Below, piece after piece: positions 21,379 to 33,182 of a stretch of DNA of 33,622 nucleotides. The notes beneath the pieces are model-generated. The model was not told where the DNA came from, ran no database searches, and saw only the letters and a program-made list of their open reading frames with translations. How positions within the stretch are numbered: position 1 is the first letter of the stretch; every line of letters begins with the position of its first letter. Position numbers and translations under genes: made by a program. Source of the stretch: Octopus sinensis (taxonomy: Eukaryota); contig NW_021832044.1 of assembly GCF_006345805.1 (NCBI RefSeq), positions 1 through 33,622 on the forward strand, in the 5' to 3' direction.

Positions 21379-24300
21379 TTACAGGGTCATGCTCAAAATG
21401 GTTTCGTCACTCGCACGCACCATCTTTGCAACATTCACCCATATTTTTTTGAATCTTTCGCGAGACAAAACTTCCCTCTCCATTCTCACCTTCCTTTTCA
21501 AGTGGTACTTGAAAAAGTTGATGAGCGATTGGCCAGAGAGGTAAGTGTTTGTCTCTAATCCTTTCGCTCGGGTCCACCACACACATTCTTTCACCATGGC
21601 CACCAGTACGATGAAAACTGCCTTGCCTTCCCGGTTGAGGGAAGGGGGCGGAGCAATTCTCACGATAGACTCGACCGATAGGCGGATTCGTCCCACAAGT
21701 GACAGCAGCCGTTCGGCATAAGCCCACAGGTCTGAAATGGTTGGACATTGCACGAGTGCGTGCAGAACGGTTTCGTCGCTCTGACCGCATCTCAGGCAAG
21801 TCGGTCCAGTGGGTCTGGAACCGTGTCTGTAGAGCTTATCCCGAACAGGTAATGCTTCTCGATAGCACTGCCAGGCCAGGGATCTTTGGTGATTGTTCAT
21901 AGGTCCCGGCCCGAAAGTTGTCCTGAACAGGCGGGTCAGGTGTTCCTCGTCGACGCCCAGACTCTGCCCGAGTTCGTCGTCGCACCTCCCCTCCACTAAT
22001 CCTCTATAGAATGCCTTTGTTGTGATGGAGTCGCTCAAGTTCGATCCCGGACGGCAGAGTTGCTTGAGAGCAACGCGACACTCGCGGTGCCATTCGCCTA
22101 GCCTCGGTCTCTGCTTGATCCATGACTGTAGTTCGTCCAAGGAGACGAGCTGCGGGAAAGCGCGCCGCACAAAAGGCGACCACACCTGTTCACCGTCGTC
22201 TATGAAGCGCCGGAGATGTCGCAGTCTCAGCGCATGTCTGCGCATCATCAACCATGGCATGCCCAGCCCTCCATTTAGCGGGTGTTGACAGCAAATGGAT
22301 CGCCTAACCATCGGAATGTTTCCCTTCCACAGGAAGCGGAAGAGTATACGTTCCAATTTGGTGATGGTAGGGTCGGGACAAGGCACGACGGTCAGACGAT
22401 ACTCGATGACGGATGCGATGTACGCGTTCACCACCTCCGCCCGACCTTTTAGGGATAGCTTTCTCTCAGCCCATTTCTGGGTGATAGTAGCCACCCTAGT
22501 CGTTATCTCGCCCCAGTTCTTCTCCATTTGGAGGTCCGGACCGAACCAGACCCCGAGCAATTTCACCGGTCCGTCCGTCCAGCATCCCACGATGGAGACG
22601 CTGTTGGACGGCATGGGCCTGCTTCTCCAGGTGCCGAGCCGCAAGCCCACTGACTTTTCCCGGTTAATTTTTGCTCCCGTTACCGCTTCGTATTCTTTTA
22701 TTGTCTCGCCGACCAGCTCGATGTCCTTGTAGCTCTACACTATGACGGTGACGTCATCCGCGTATGCAGACACGCTCCTCCCGCATCCCAGCTCTCGCGG
22801 GATGCCCCTCAGCGTCGCCAGTTTCCGCAGTAGTGGCTCAAGAGTCAATACATACAGCAGCGATGAGAGGGGGCATCCCTGACGAACCGAACGCATGATG
22901 TTAAAAGGTCTGGATAGATGACCATTTACGCGAACTACTGAGCGGATGCCGCTGTATAAGGCAGCGATCCAACCGCGGAAAACTGAACCGAAACCAGCCG
23001 CTTTAAGGACAGCCTCCAAGTAGTGATGGTCTACCCTATCGAAAGCTTTTGATTGATCCAAATTGATCAGCGCCCCACCCATGCCAGGATTCTTAACTAC
23101 CCTGTCTATGATGTAGCGCATCAGATGGAGGTTGTCATGAATACTTCTACCCGGCACGGCGCATGTTTGCGCCTTGTCGATTAGTTTCTTGATGACAAGC
23201 GCCAACCTCTCGGCTAACACCTTGGCCAAAATTTTCAAATCTGCGTTGAGCAGAGTGATGGGCCTGAAACTATCTATGACGTCCCCCTTGTTTGGGTCTT
23301 TCTTAATCAGTGCCACTGCTCCTCGCTTTACAAAAGCAGGAATACTCCCGTTTTGCTGCCAGTTGCAGTAGACAGCTGCCAAAACGCCTCCAAACAAGTT
23401 TGGCATATGACAATAAAGTTCGTAGGGCAGACCATCCAAGCCTGGTGACTTGTCTCTCGCGCAGCCTACCATAGCATCCTGTACACCGCAGCTGTGATAG
23501 GCCTTTCACAAGACTCCACCTCTCTTGCTGAGAGTCGTGGCAAGGCATGCAGGTAGGCACTAAAGTCCACTCTGCGTTCTGACCCACCACTTGTCCCAAA
23601 CAGTTGGGTGAAGTGTTGTTGAAAAGCCCCACACATCCTTTTAGGCTCGAGCAATTCGCGCCCCTGTTCATCTATAAGAGACTTGATGGTGACTCTGTTG
23701 CCTCTTTGCGTCTCCACCACTCGGGCCTCTTGGGCGGCTCCAACTCCGTCGTTCCTCAGAGCACGTATCCTAGCTCTGACAACGCATCCCTCGTGTTTGG
23801 CGTTGAGGTGTTGGTCGAGAGCCAATCTCGCCGCCAGCACGTTGGACGCGATGCCAGTTCTAAGTGCCTCTTCTAAAACCTTAACTAATTCTCCCTCTAT
23901 TCTATTTCGGTCTAATGCTAGGGCTTTACTGTATCTGACTGATTCTGCTTTAATTGCTTTTATTAGGGCATACCACCATCTGTTGTTGATGATGGTACCC
24001 GTCAAAGCTCTCTTAACTAATGTGCTGATCCGGTCCCTGTAAACCTGTCGTACTGTAAAAGACGCGTTCAGTTTCCAGTAACCAGGACCCTGCCTATGTG
24101 TCTTATCTAAGTCAAGTGTACAAGTCACAAACTTGTGATCTGTGTAACTGACTATATGAAATTGTGGACAACCTACACTATTTTTATCTATTGTCCTACA
24201 GAATACTCTATCTAAATATAATCTGGACGACCCGATGCGGTTACTCCATGTCCACATTGGCACATTCGGGTGGTCCAGTCGGTACCTGTCAGACAGTTGG

Positions 24301-24815
24301 AAACGTCTGAGCAGGTCTTTGAGGCATTTGCATCCCCTTCTATTGCTATCTCTGCCCACGTAGTCTAGATGCGTGTCCAGGGTGGCATTTCAATCCCCCA
24401 CTAAAAGTAAAGGACGAGACGTTCCCATGAAAGACTCTAGACGTCGAAAGAAATCTGGTCGGCCTGTTAAGGACGGAGCATAAACTGTTATCAGTCGAAA
24501 AGCACACTCATTGCTGCCATCGACATCCAAAACGACCAGCCTACCCTCCGGGTCTAGGAAAATTGCTCTTACTTTGAGATCCAGACTCTTCCGGAGAAGC
24601 ACCGCGGTGCTACCTCCGCCCATTCTCGGTAGACACGGAGAAAAATAAATGTTGAAATGTGTACCGAAACTGTGCTGGAGTGCCCGCGAGCTGTGGAGTC
24701 TGGTCTCACTGATGGCTATGATATTCAGATTTAGTGACTTGATGTCATTTAACAGGTAGCCTTGTTTCCAAGGCGACCCCAAGCCACATACATCTATACT
24801 GCCTATTCTGAGCAT
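21379..24815 (-). pseudogene. Element B ORF2: apurinic-like endonuclease + reverse transcriptase + C-terminal zinc finger, with two nonsense codons (24390, 22735) and one frameshift (~23480)
   Basis: APE motifs ISET, VYAP, GD*N, LDR, TDH, GPGYWKLN; RT motifs KSPGLDGLP, FRPITLLNADLKILAK, LDQSKAFDRVDH, VRQGCPLS, YADD; C-terminal CLRCGQSDETVLHALVQC. Confidence 0.95.
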
Positions 24816-24885
24816 GTTCCGATAAAAAATTGTGTTTTACACACGAAAAGAAAGTGCAAAAAAGGAAAGAGAGAGAGAGAAAAGG

Positions 24886-27094
24886 TTACTTGCCCGAAAG
24901 TCCTTTGTTTTTCACCTCACAGTCTTCTTCCATGAGGTTTTTGTCTAGTTTCTTTGATGAATATTTTTGAAATCTCCCTACTGTATCAGGGTAAAGAGAT
25001 TTCAGGGTGCTGTATGTGTTCTGTGTTACGTGTATTATTTTAATGTGTTGTGGTGGTGTTGTATGTGGGTGGTTATTTGTTTTTATGTCGTTTTCAGTTA
25101 TGTTGGTGTTTGACCTAATGTGTTCCATTAGGTCGTGGTTGTTTGTGTTTATGGCTGTCAACATTGTTGGGGGGTTTGATGATGGTGTGTTTTTTGTTGA
25201 TGTGTTTGTTTTCTGTGGATGTTTTTGTTTCGGGAGTGGTGAATCATCCTGCTTTTTTTGTTATCTTTTCTTTTCTTTTCCCCTTTTTCTTCTCCCCCCT
25301 GTGGCTATTTGCCAATCTTCTGTGTCTTCTTCGTCTAATGACAAATCAGAGGAATCAGAGCTTGGGAGAGGGAAAATATTGGGGTCTATTGTAGACTGTG
25401 TTGATTTTGTTGTTGGTGCTGGTGGTGAGCGTTAGGTTGTGGTGTATGCGGTTTTGGAGGTGGGGTGTGGGTATTTTGTGTTTGAGTGATTGTAGGTATT
25501 GTTGTTTTGTTTGGGGTGTCAATTTTGTGGGGATTTGGAGTAGTAATTGTTTCTTCATTTTCGATGAGTGTCTTTTTGGCAGATGTCCTTGGTTTGGGAG
25601 TTGGTTTATATTCTTGGTTGTTTGTTGTGGTGTTGCTTCTGTTCTTGGTGCAGTTGGTGTGGTTGTTTGGTTGTGAGGTTTTTTTTTTTATTTTTTATTA
25701 TCTGTGATTAGTCCTGTTTGTACAATTTGTGGTGTGGGTAGTAAGCTGGCTTTTTTGTTTTTTCCAGCTGCTGTTGTTGTTGCTGTTGTTTTCTTGCGGC
25801 ATATTTGCAATCTTTTTTTAGGTGTTGCTCACTGCCGCATATGTAGCAACGTGGTCTTCTGCCATCGACGACCACATCCAACTTGTGGTCTTCTGATACA
25901 CATATCTGGGTGGGTATTTTCTTTATGTCATCTTGGTTTATATGTAGTAGAAATTCTACTTTTTTTCCCACCCAGGTTTTGTGCTCCGTGACCGTAGTTT
26001 CTAAAATTGTGTAATCTTCCATTTTCACACATAAGGCCTTTACTAGCCATAGATTGTTCGCTATTTATGGGACATTGTTTAAAGTGATCTTAGTCACTTT
26101 CTGTCCACGATAGCTTGGTGTTAGTTGCAGTTCATCTGAATGAAGAGTTAGCGTTGAGAAACGTCTTGCTAACTCTTCAGTGTGGAAGACCACTTGTATG
26201 TGTGCGAAATTGTTCCACCAGGTCACATACTCTTTGTAGTTCCAGATGGGTTTCAAGCATTTTTCGATTTTGCTTGTGTTAGCCTTCTCTGGACTTTTTG
26301 TTTTCTTATTAATTATTTTATATATAATAGTTCTTTTTTTTTTCATTTTTTATATATTTCTTGTGGCATGTTTATTTTTACTATACCATCTACTTCTGTT
26401 ATTTATATATACGTATCTTTTATCTGCTGTGCAGTAAAAAATACTGTTGTCTTTTTTTCTTTTATCGCCTCGGCGAAATTTGTTGTTGTTTTGTTATTGT
26501 TGTTGCTGGTGGTGATGTTGTTGTTGGCTGCAGTTGGTAAAATTGGTGTATTTGGTTTGATTGTGCAAGTAGGAAGGGGTGGAAAATTACTTGCATAGTT
26601 TATCCCCGTATTCAAGCAGCTTTTGTCAATTTGTTTGGTGGTCACAGTCTTTTGTTTATTCCCTTCAGTTGGAGGAAACAAGGTCTGAACGGAATTGTTG
26701 TTGTTGTTATTGTTGTTTTTGTTGTTGGTGTTGGCGGTGGTGTCAGTGGCAGAAGAGACAGCCGTGGCAGCAGATGTCGAAATGGTGGTGCAATTGTTGT
26801 TATTCTTGTTGTCATTGTTATTGTTGTTGTTGTTGGTAGTTGAGGTAGTGGATGAGGTGGCGGTGGTGGTGGTGGTGGAGGCGGTGGTGGTAGCAGTAGT
26901 AGTCTCGTTGTTGTTGTTGTTAGTGGTGGTGGTGACAGTGCTGTTATCGCAAGTGGTCGCAGCGTTCACTACCACATCATTCAGGTTTGCACTTTGCGTG
27001 CATGAGTTCTTTTTTCTTCTAGCGTTTCCAGACTTGGAGAATGTTGGTCGATAAAGGAACGCGACCAGCGTTCTACAATACAATTTCTCGACAT
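24886..27094 (-). pseudogene. Element B ORF1 (gag-like with CCHC knuckle), several frameshifts
   Basis: ATG of MSRNCIVERWSRSF at 27094; fragments 26403-27083, 26065-26346, 25708-26028 and 24886-25164 parallel element A ORF1. Confidence 0.82.
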
Positions 27095-27292
27095 TTTCAA
27101 AATGTCGAGAAGAAAATTACACAAATTAAATAGGTTTGAAACTGCCCCTAGGGGCGAATTCCTCCCTTGGAAAAGCACTCAAACGAAAGTTGGGTGCCTT
27201 ACACACCTTAATTACAAAAATGTACACAAAATATGGGCTATAAATAGTCAAAATAAACGATTACCTTCGGAGCCGAAGTGACAGCACGTCCG

Positions 27293-27370
27293 TAGATAGA
27301 TAGATAGATGGATAGACAGACAATAGATAGGTAGGTAGATAGGTAGGTATATAGGTAGATAGATAGATAT

Positions 27371-27407
<37 letters not shown>

Positions 27408-27419
27408 CAGAGACGAGAG

Positions 27420-27450
<31 letters not shown>

Positions 27451-27480
27451 CGGACAGAGAGACAGTTTGACTGATAGATT
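27293..27480. repeat. (GATA)n/(GACA)n microsatellite
   Basis: Direct reading. Confidence 0.92.
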
Positions 27481-28756
27481 GATAAACACTGAAGTATTGT
27501 CAGAGAGACAGACAGACCGACACACGGATTTATTCCATATTAAAACTGGCAATTGTCGCCCACATCCCCGGCATCAAGAAGCACCCTACAACAGAGGGTA
27601 CCGGGTGTTTCAAAGAAGAAGGCCCATTTCGATCCTGGCAATCTTGTATGAAGGGGTCCTCTCCTAGTATACAAATATACACTAACTTCTTAAAATATTT
27701 ATCGGATTCTCATTTATGTGTAACTCTGATCTTCCACTACTTTGATGACATCAATTAATTGAAGTTAGTCAATCCCAAAAGCAAGTAGCTAGTAGTCTGC
27801 AAGTAGCTGGTCAGTCCCAGAAGCGACTAAAATTATTCTGGGAATTGCCAAAGAACACAAGAGAAAAAAAACAACAAAAGCAACAGATATGAAAGCCAAC
27901 ACTCCCCAAGAAGTTTCTGTACAAGTCATAACTAATTGCTTAATTATGTATTGCGCATATATAGATATGTGTATATCTATCTTTCTAGTTATCCATATGT
28001 ATATTGATTGATTGATAGATAGATAGATAGTCACACATACACACTCACACACACACATATTATATATACATGTGTGTGTGTGTGTGTAACGATAAATTGA
28101 CAGAAAGATAAAGAGATAGATAGAAAGATAGAAGCCATTCTCTCTTGTTCAAATTCTCTGAGGTCATTTTCTGCGAATAACCTATCAATGACCATTTGCC
28201 ATTTAAGAAACAGATGCATGTGCGCTCACGCACATTTTTATAAATTGCGGCCCCAAAGCTTCATTGTTCAGTTCGACATCGGAGAGTTCGGAATGGCTTT
28301 GTGAGAGAACATGTAAATACATTACTAATATATGATCAAAAAAATTTTGTATTTCGTTTTAGTTGTGAAATTACATTTCTCATCTGCTCAACGGAGATTA
28401 TTTTCAGTTTTAGAATTATTATATGCTTGCTAAAATTTGTTTTTTACTATAACGATTCTTTTTCTTATCTTACTTTGCCTCTGTATTTTCCGCCGTTTTG
28501 TACAATTCCAGTTCTCAAACACTTGTAATTACAACTCTGGAAAGAGGAAAAGTACTCCTCCAAAATTCTCTGATTTTTTTAATTATCGGTCATAAGACTC
28601 CTTAAGCATGCTGCAGAGGAAAGACCATTAATGAAGTTAAATCAGTCTACAATTGTTTTGTATTCCACGTTTTCGCTCCTTTTCGTAATTAAATTTCTTT
28701 TTCTATGATTATATTCACATAAGTTTTAGTGGTGGTTGTTTGTGTTTGTATGGATC

Positions 28757-30330
28757 TCAGAGCATTGTTTTGCCACGGTTCCTATAAAGCTGCGAGGACG
28801 GTAGATTTTCTACCTTTATTTTGCTACCTTCAGTAATCGTAGGATTTCCTGAATGCCCTGCATAGTGGATTTCGTATGTTTCCGTCAGTTTCGGGACCGG
28901 TTCTCTGCTCCCCACCACTTCTCGCAATAGGTTCGTGGCTGACAGAATTAGCTCCACGGAAAATGGGTATTCTAACATAATGCCCTTTTCTACTCTACCA
29001 TTTTGTTGTGAAATTTCCCACGGTAAATCTCAGCCTCAACGAATACATGTGGGACATTGTTAGTCCAACTATGTCCGTTGCTACTTGGGAGTACTCCATT
29101 TCATTTAGAAGTAACTGGTAGGACACGCTTAGTTACGCTTTGTCGAGATCCAACCAAACAACAGAAAGTGAGTTGTTCGCCTTTTCCTCATTGCCGATCA
29201 CTGATGTGCTTTCGGGGTCATTCTGAGTAGACTAGGGTACCTCCCTTCACTTCTGTGCATGATGTCCCTAGAAAAGATAACCCTCCACCAGAAGAGAGGG
29301 ATATTTCTTCTTGGGACATCATTCACAGATGTTACTCTGCTCTCCTCGTCTTCCGCACAGTATATTAATCTCCCGCGTGAACTTGAAGTTTATAAAGGCC
29401 TTCCTTTGTCTCCACCTCTCCCTTTCCATGTATGTCTCTCTCCCTCTCTTGGTCTCTTTCTATTTCTCTTTGTCCCTCTTTCTCTCTCTCTTTCTCCCAA
29501 TATGATTCTGTCGTGCGCAGGTGGAGCAGAATGTTTCGTAACTCCGCGCTCAGTTGCTTTAAAACTAATTCATCTCGAAAGAGTACAGAAGCTGGCTACC
29601 CGCATGGTTCTTGGTCTCAAGCATTTGTCTTATGAAGAAAGGCTGAAGACGCTCGATTTTTATTCTCTAGAAAAACGAGCGGCGCCGTGGTGATCACAAT
29701 CACGCTCACAACACCATATGCTGAAAGTGTAACCTCTCGAAAGAGCTGCTCTTCACTGCTGCTCCAGAGCGTCGGCTGCGGGGTCACTCCGAAAAGGTCT
29801 ATCTGCGACAATTTCATCTCAATCGAAGGAGAGGGGCTTTCTCCGTCCGGGTTGCGGATCCGTGGAATAAGTTGCTTGACGAGATAGTGAAGATGCCGAC
29901 GACCGCTCGGTTCAAAGTCTCCCTTGACCACAAATTGCCTGAACTCTTTGCATGAACACCACCCTGTAGATAACTCCATGTCCCCCTACATGACCTTGCT
30001 TTTTGCTTTTTGAACCAAACAATTAACTTAACTAATCTTATTCTTTCACCGTATGCTTCTTTCCACCATATTTAAGCTGTCTTTCTCTTTCCTCAATTCT
30101 GCCACCTGACGCTGATTCTTATGGAAACTGTCCTGCTTGTTGCTCTTGCTTTCCTTCAAGCCCAAATTATATTGGAAAGCCTGCTCTACCAATTGCACCA
30201 CGTTTCTTACCTTCCCGGTAGCGTCACCCTTCATAATGTTGTCCGGAATAATGTTCAAGTCATTGTTCAACCGGACGCTTCTAAGATCTGTCGCTGGAGG
30301 TAAATTCACCCGTGCAATTTTTGTGTGGAA
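28757..30330 (-). mobile_element. Old, decayed R2-group (HERO-like) non-LTR retrotransposon remnant, interrupted by a CR1-type insertion
   Basis: - strand about 29190-28975 reads LSVVWLDLDKA*LSVSYQLL...LRLRFTVGNFTTKW...KGIM, resembling RT motif VxWLDLANAYGSVPH...FTTxWxxLExGI; 30046-30309 resembles the region upstream of RT in such elements. Confidence 0.55.
29560..30032 (+). mobile_element. CR1-type LINE 3' fragment
   Basis: LERVQKLATRMVLGLKHLSYEERLKTLDFYSLEKR...LRGHSEK...; 3'UTR shared with 16921-17237. Confidence 0.85.
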
Positions 30331-31562
30331 CCCTCGTCGCTTTCAAATTCTTCCCCTCTTCTTGTGAATTAATCGAGTTAAGCAAAGAGGCCCTGAGCAT
30401 TGTGGTTTCACTTCTGACCCTAGTCGTCCTCTCCCTGAGAAGCAGTGCTAATACTAGGATGGGTGGTATAGTTCGTTGGTTTACCATTAGTCACAGCTGG
30501 CACCTGCTCAATGAATTCAGACGTAGTAGGGTCTATAAGTACAGCGATATCACTTGTTAGATCACACAGGAGGACAATTTTGAACATAATTTTCATTTGG
30601 TTTACACTAAAATTTAGTATACCGATTTTTCAAAACTATAGTTAGCTTTCCTCTCTCATCCAAAATGCTTCTTCTACAGCTTACTCTCTGAATAAGTACT
30701 CTTGTATCTTTATTCATAACATTGGAGAACATTTTAATACTCATGGTTTACACAATTAGTCCCACCTCAATTTAATGTTGTTGGGTTCAGAAATGCCCTC
30801 AGAAATGTTTTTATCATGTCGAGATTTTCGCTAAAGAGGAATTTTAACAAAGCTTTTCAGTTTTGCAATTAAATGCATACCAAAATAAGAAACTAATACA
30901 AAACAAATAGTACTTTTGTAGCAGGATATATCTCAAACAATCAACTTTAAAATGTACGTGAGTATCATCTCAATATTGTGGCTTCTTTACAGAATATCAG
31001 GGGACAGGTTGAAAGTTCGATAATATTTTATTGAAAATCGTTTCAGATTGTTTTTTCTTTTGCCTTTCCATCAGGTTATTCCAAGCACATATAGGATGGA
31101 AATTATATAAATATGATATTGCACAACAAATTTCTAAAGAAATTCTGCAACTGGGAATTTGCCAAAAATTGCAAGAAACTCAAAGTGAAAACAAGGTTTG
31201 CTTATCAAAAGATAATATCCAAATGGAAGCAAAAATAAGGGGGAAATCTGAGGAAAATAGTGGGGTAAATTTATGTTTTACGAAACAAATTGTTCTTTCT
31301 ATGAAACTGAAATTAGAAAGTACAAAAAATTAAATCTGTTCAAAGGTTTTTGCAAAAAAAAAACGCATTTTTCTCCAAACCTGAATAATAACGGTCGAAG
31401 GGAGAAAACCAAAATTTTGTAAAGGGATATAATAAGAGTGACTATTCGTTACCAAACACCCTGGCCGCATACGCATTTTCTGTGTTTGTTGTTCGTTAAT
31501 AATATTTTCTTCTTCATAAGCGATCAAAACAAGTTTGGAAATATTATTCTGTATGAAAAGCA

Positions 31563-32250
31563 TTTATGTCGATGTCTTTTATGAAATGTTGGCAATGTTA
31601 CGAATGACTAAGAATTGACAACAGAAATATTTTGAAAAGTATTTAAAATATTTGCAAAGCACAAATAACGAAATACGCTTAGTACATTTGCTTTGACTGT
31701 TAATGGCAATAAGCGAAACTTCCCGTCTTTGAGTCACTCTGTAACTTTGACCTCCTAATATAAAATAAGACATATTTATTTTTTGTATTAGCGTAGAAAT
31801 CAATAAATTTCACCTTCTATTGATCTATTTTTTAACTTAATTTAAATCCTCATTTAAGTATTGCCGTCGCGTGAGATATATTTGCTGCGGAATACTTATT
31901 TGCACCGATAAAATATTTTGTCGAAATAAGCGACAAAACTGTCAGAAATTATCAAATGTCATTTTTTCCTCCTCGTTGAGCTTTTCTTTTATCAAATAAA
32001 TCTTCTCAAATGTGTGTAACGTAATATTAACTTCGTGTTTGTCATAAGAACTCAGTTATTTCATATCAAAACAATTGTTGCTTCCCACTCCAATGTACAC
32101 TTTTCTATATTTCTCTGTCATCCATCCATGGCCTTCTCGCTGGTGCTGCTAATATGAAATTGCGTCTTTACGTTTTTCATTCCACCCTTGTTTTTTTCCA
32201 TCTTAGTCATTCGTAACATTGCAACATCTCATAAAAGACATCGACATAAA
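31563..32250. mobile_element. Non-autonomous DNA-transposon-like element with ~50-bp inverted repeats
   Basis: tttatgtcgatgtcttttatgaaatgttggcaatgttacgaatgactaaga (31563-31613) is the reverse complement of 32201-32250 with about 2 differences. Confidence 0.7.
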
Positions 32251-32388
32251 CCCACAATATTTGTGTGTGTTTGTGAAAAGGGAAATGATAAGGACTCAAA
32301 TCTGGCAATAAATTTAGTCAGAAGAAAACTCAGAGCTCACTGATTATGCATCCTTAGGGGATCATAAAGGCACAACGAATGGTAGAAT

Positions 32389-33051
32389 GGTAGAATGTGT
32401 TTATAAAACATCATTTTTTCTTGGCTTCATTGAGAAAATTCTATAGTTTGTAACATATTTCCACTTTAAAATCGAGCATTTCGGCAATTCTAACCAATCG
32501 CTCACCTCCATTTGGGGTGAAAAGATCCGTGCTGTATGAATATGTCCTTTGTTTAAGAAACAGATTGGGTTTATTTACATTTGCGAAGAAGAAAAAGATA
32601 CCCTTTCCCCACCCCTAACCCTAACCCTAACCCTAATTCTAAAATAGATTGAAATGCAATAGATCGATACTAGGGTCATAATTATGGGTGACATTTTCAT
32701 TTGACACCGCTAGAAAAAAATCCCATTTCCCGTAGAGGTATCGTATGAAATTGTCACCCATAATTATGACGCTAGTATCGATCTATCGCATTTAAAACTA
32801 TTTTAGGATTAGGGTTAGGGTTAGGGGTGGGGCAAGGGTATCTTTTTTTCTTCGCAAATTTAAATAAACCCAATCGGTTTCTCAAACAAGGAACATATTC
32901 ATAGAGCACAGAATCTTTTCACCCAAAATGGAGGTGAGCGATTGGTTAAAATTGCCGAAATGCTCGAAATTTCAGACGAAATATCTTACAAACTATAGAA
33001 TTTTCTCAATAAAGCCAAGAAAAAAATGATGTTTTATAAACACATTCTACC
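32389..33051. repeat. Large imperfect palindrome: ~320-bp arms (32389-32712 / 32733-33051), 20-bp spacer, short (CCCTAA)n/(TTAGGG)n in the arms
   Basis: The arms align as reverse complements along their whole length with scattered substitutions. Confidence 0.92.
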
Positions 33052-33182
33052 AGTATACGAAGTTTAAAAATGTTTAGTTAACTAAAAATTGTGTTGACAT
33101 GTGCCGTTCAAAAGGAAAAGATCCCCAAAAAGAAGCACAAATCAAATCAGAATGAAAGCGAAACCTTACAAGATGCTACGCG

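Larger units (their letters stand above)
21087..27292 (-). mobile_element. L1/Tx1-clade non-LTR retrotransposon, full-length (~6.2 kb) element B inserted in (GATA)n
   Basis: 5'UTR, ORF1 with CYICGSEQHLKKDC, short pyrimidine spacer, ORF2 APE-RT-CCHC and 3'UTR; both ends abut (GATA)n. Confidence 0.93.

Noticed and set aside
22022-24042. Several + strand ORFs of 65-145 aa
   Set aside because: Antisense shadows of the Tx1 ORF2.
27789-28058. ORF with a hydrophobic stretch (WGVLAFISVAFVVFFLLCSL) as a missing GPCR TM exon
   Set aside because: Wrong strand relative to the receptor, no family-B TM motifs, and the hydrophobicity follows from an A-rich opposite strand.
28757-28978. Gypsy integrase zinc-binding-like 'HYAGHSG'
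   Set aside because: The segment directly continues the non-LTR RT-like frame (…KGIM) of the HERO-like remnant; the resemblance is too weak.
31031-31333. 100-aa ORF or possible exon
   Set aside because: No recognisable motif and no consistent splice or phase relationship to the receptor.
32613-32830. Telomere or telomere-fusion site
   Set aside because: Only 2-3 hexamers embedded in repeat arms, and the orientation (CCCTAA then TTAGGG) is opposite to an end-to-end fusion signature.
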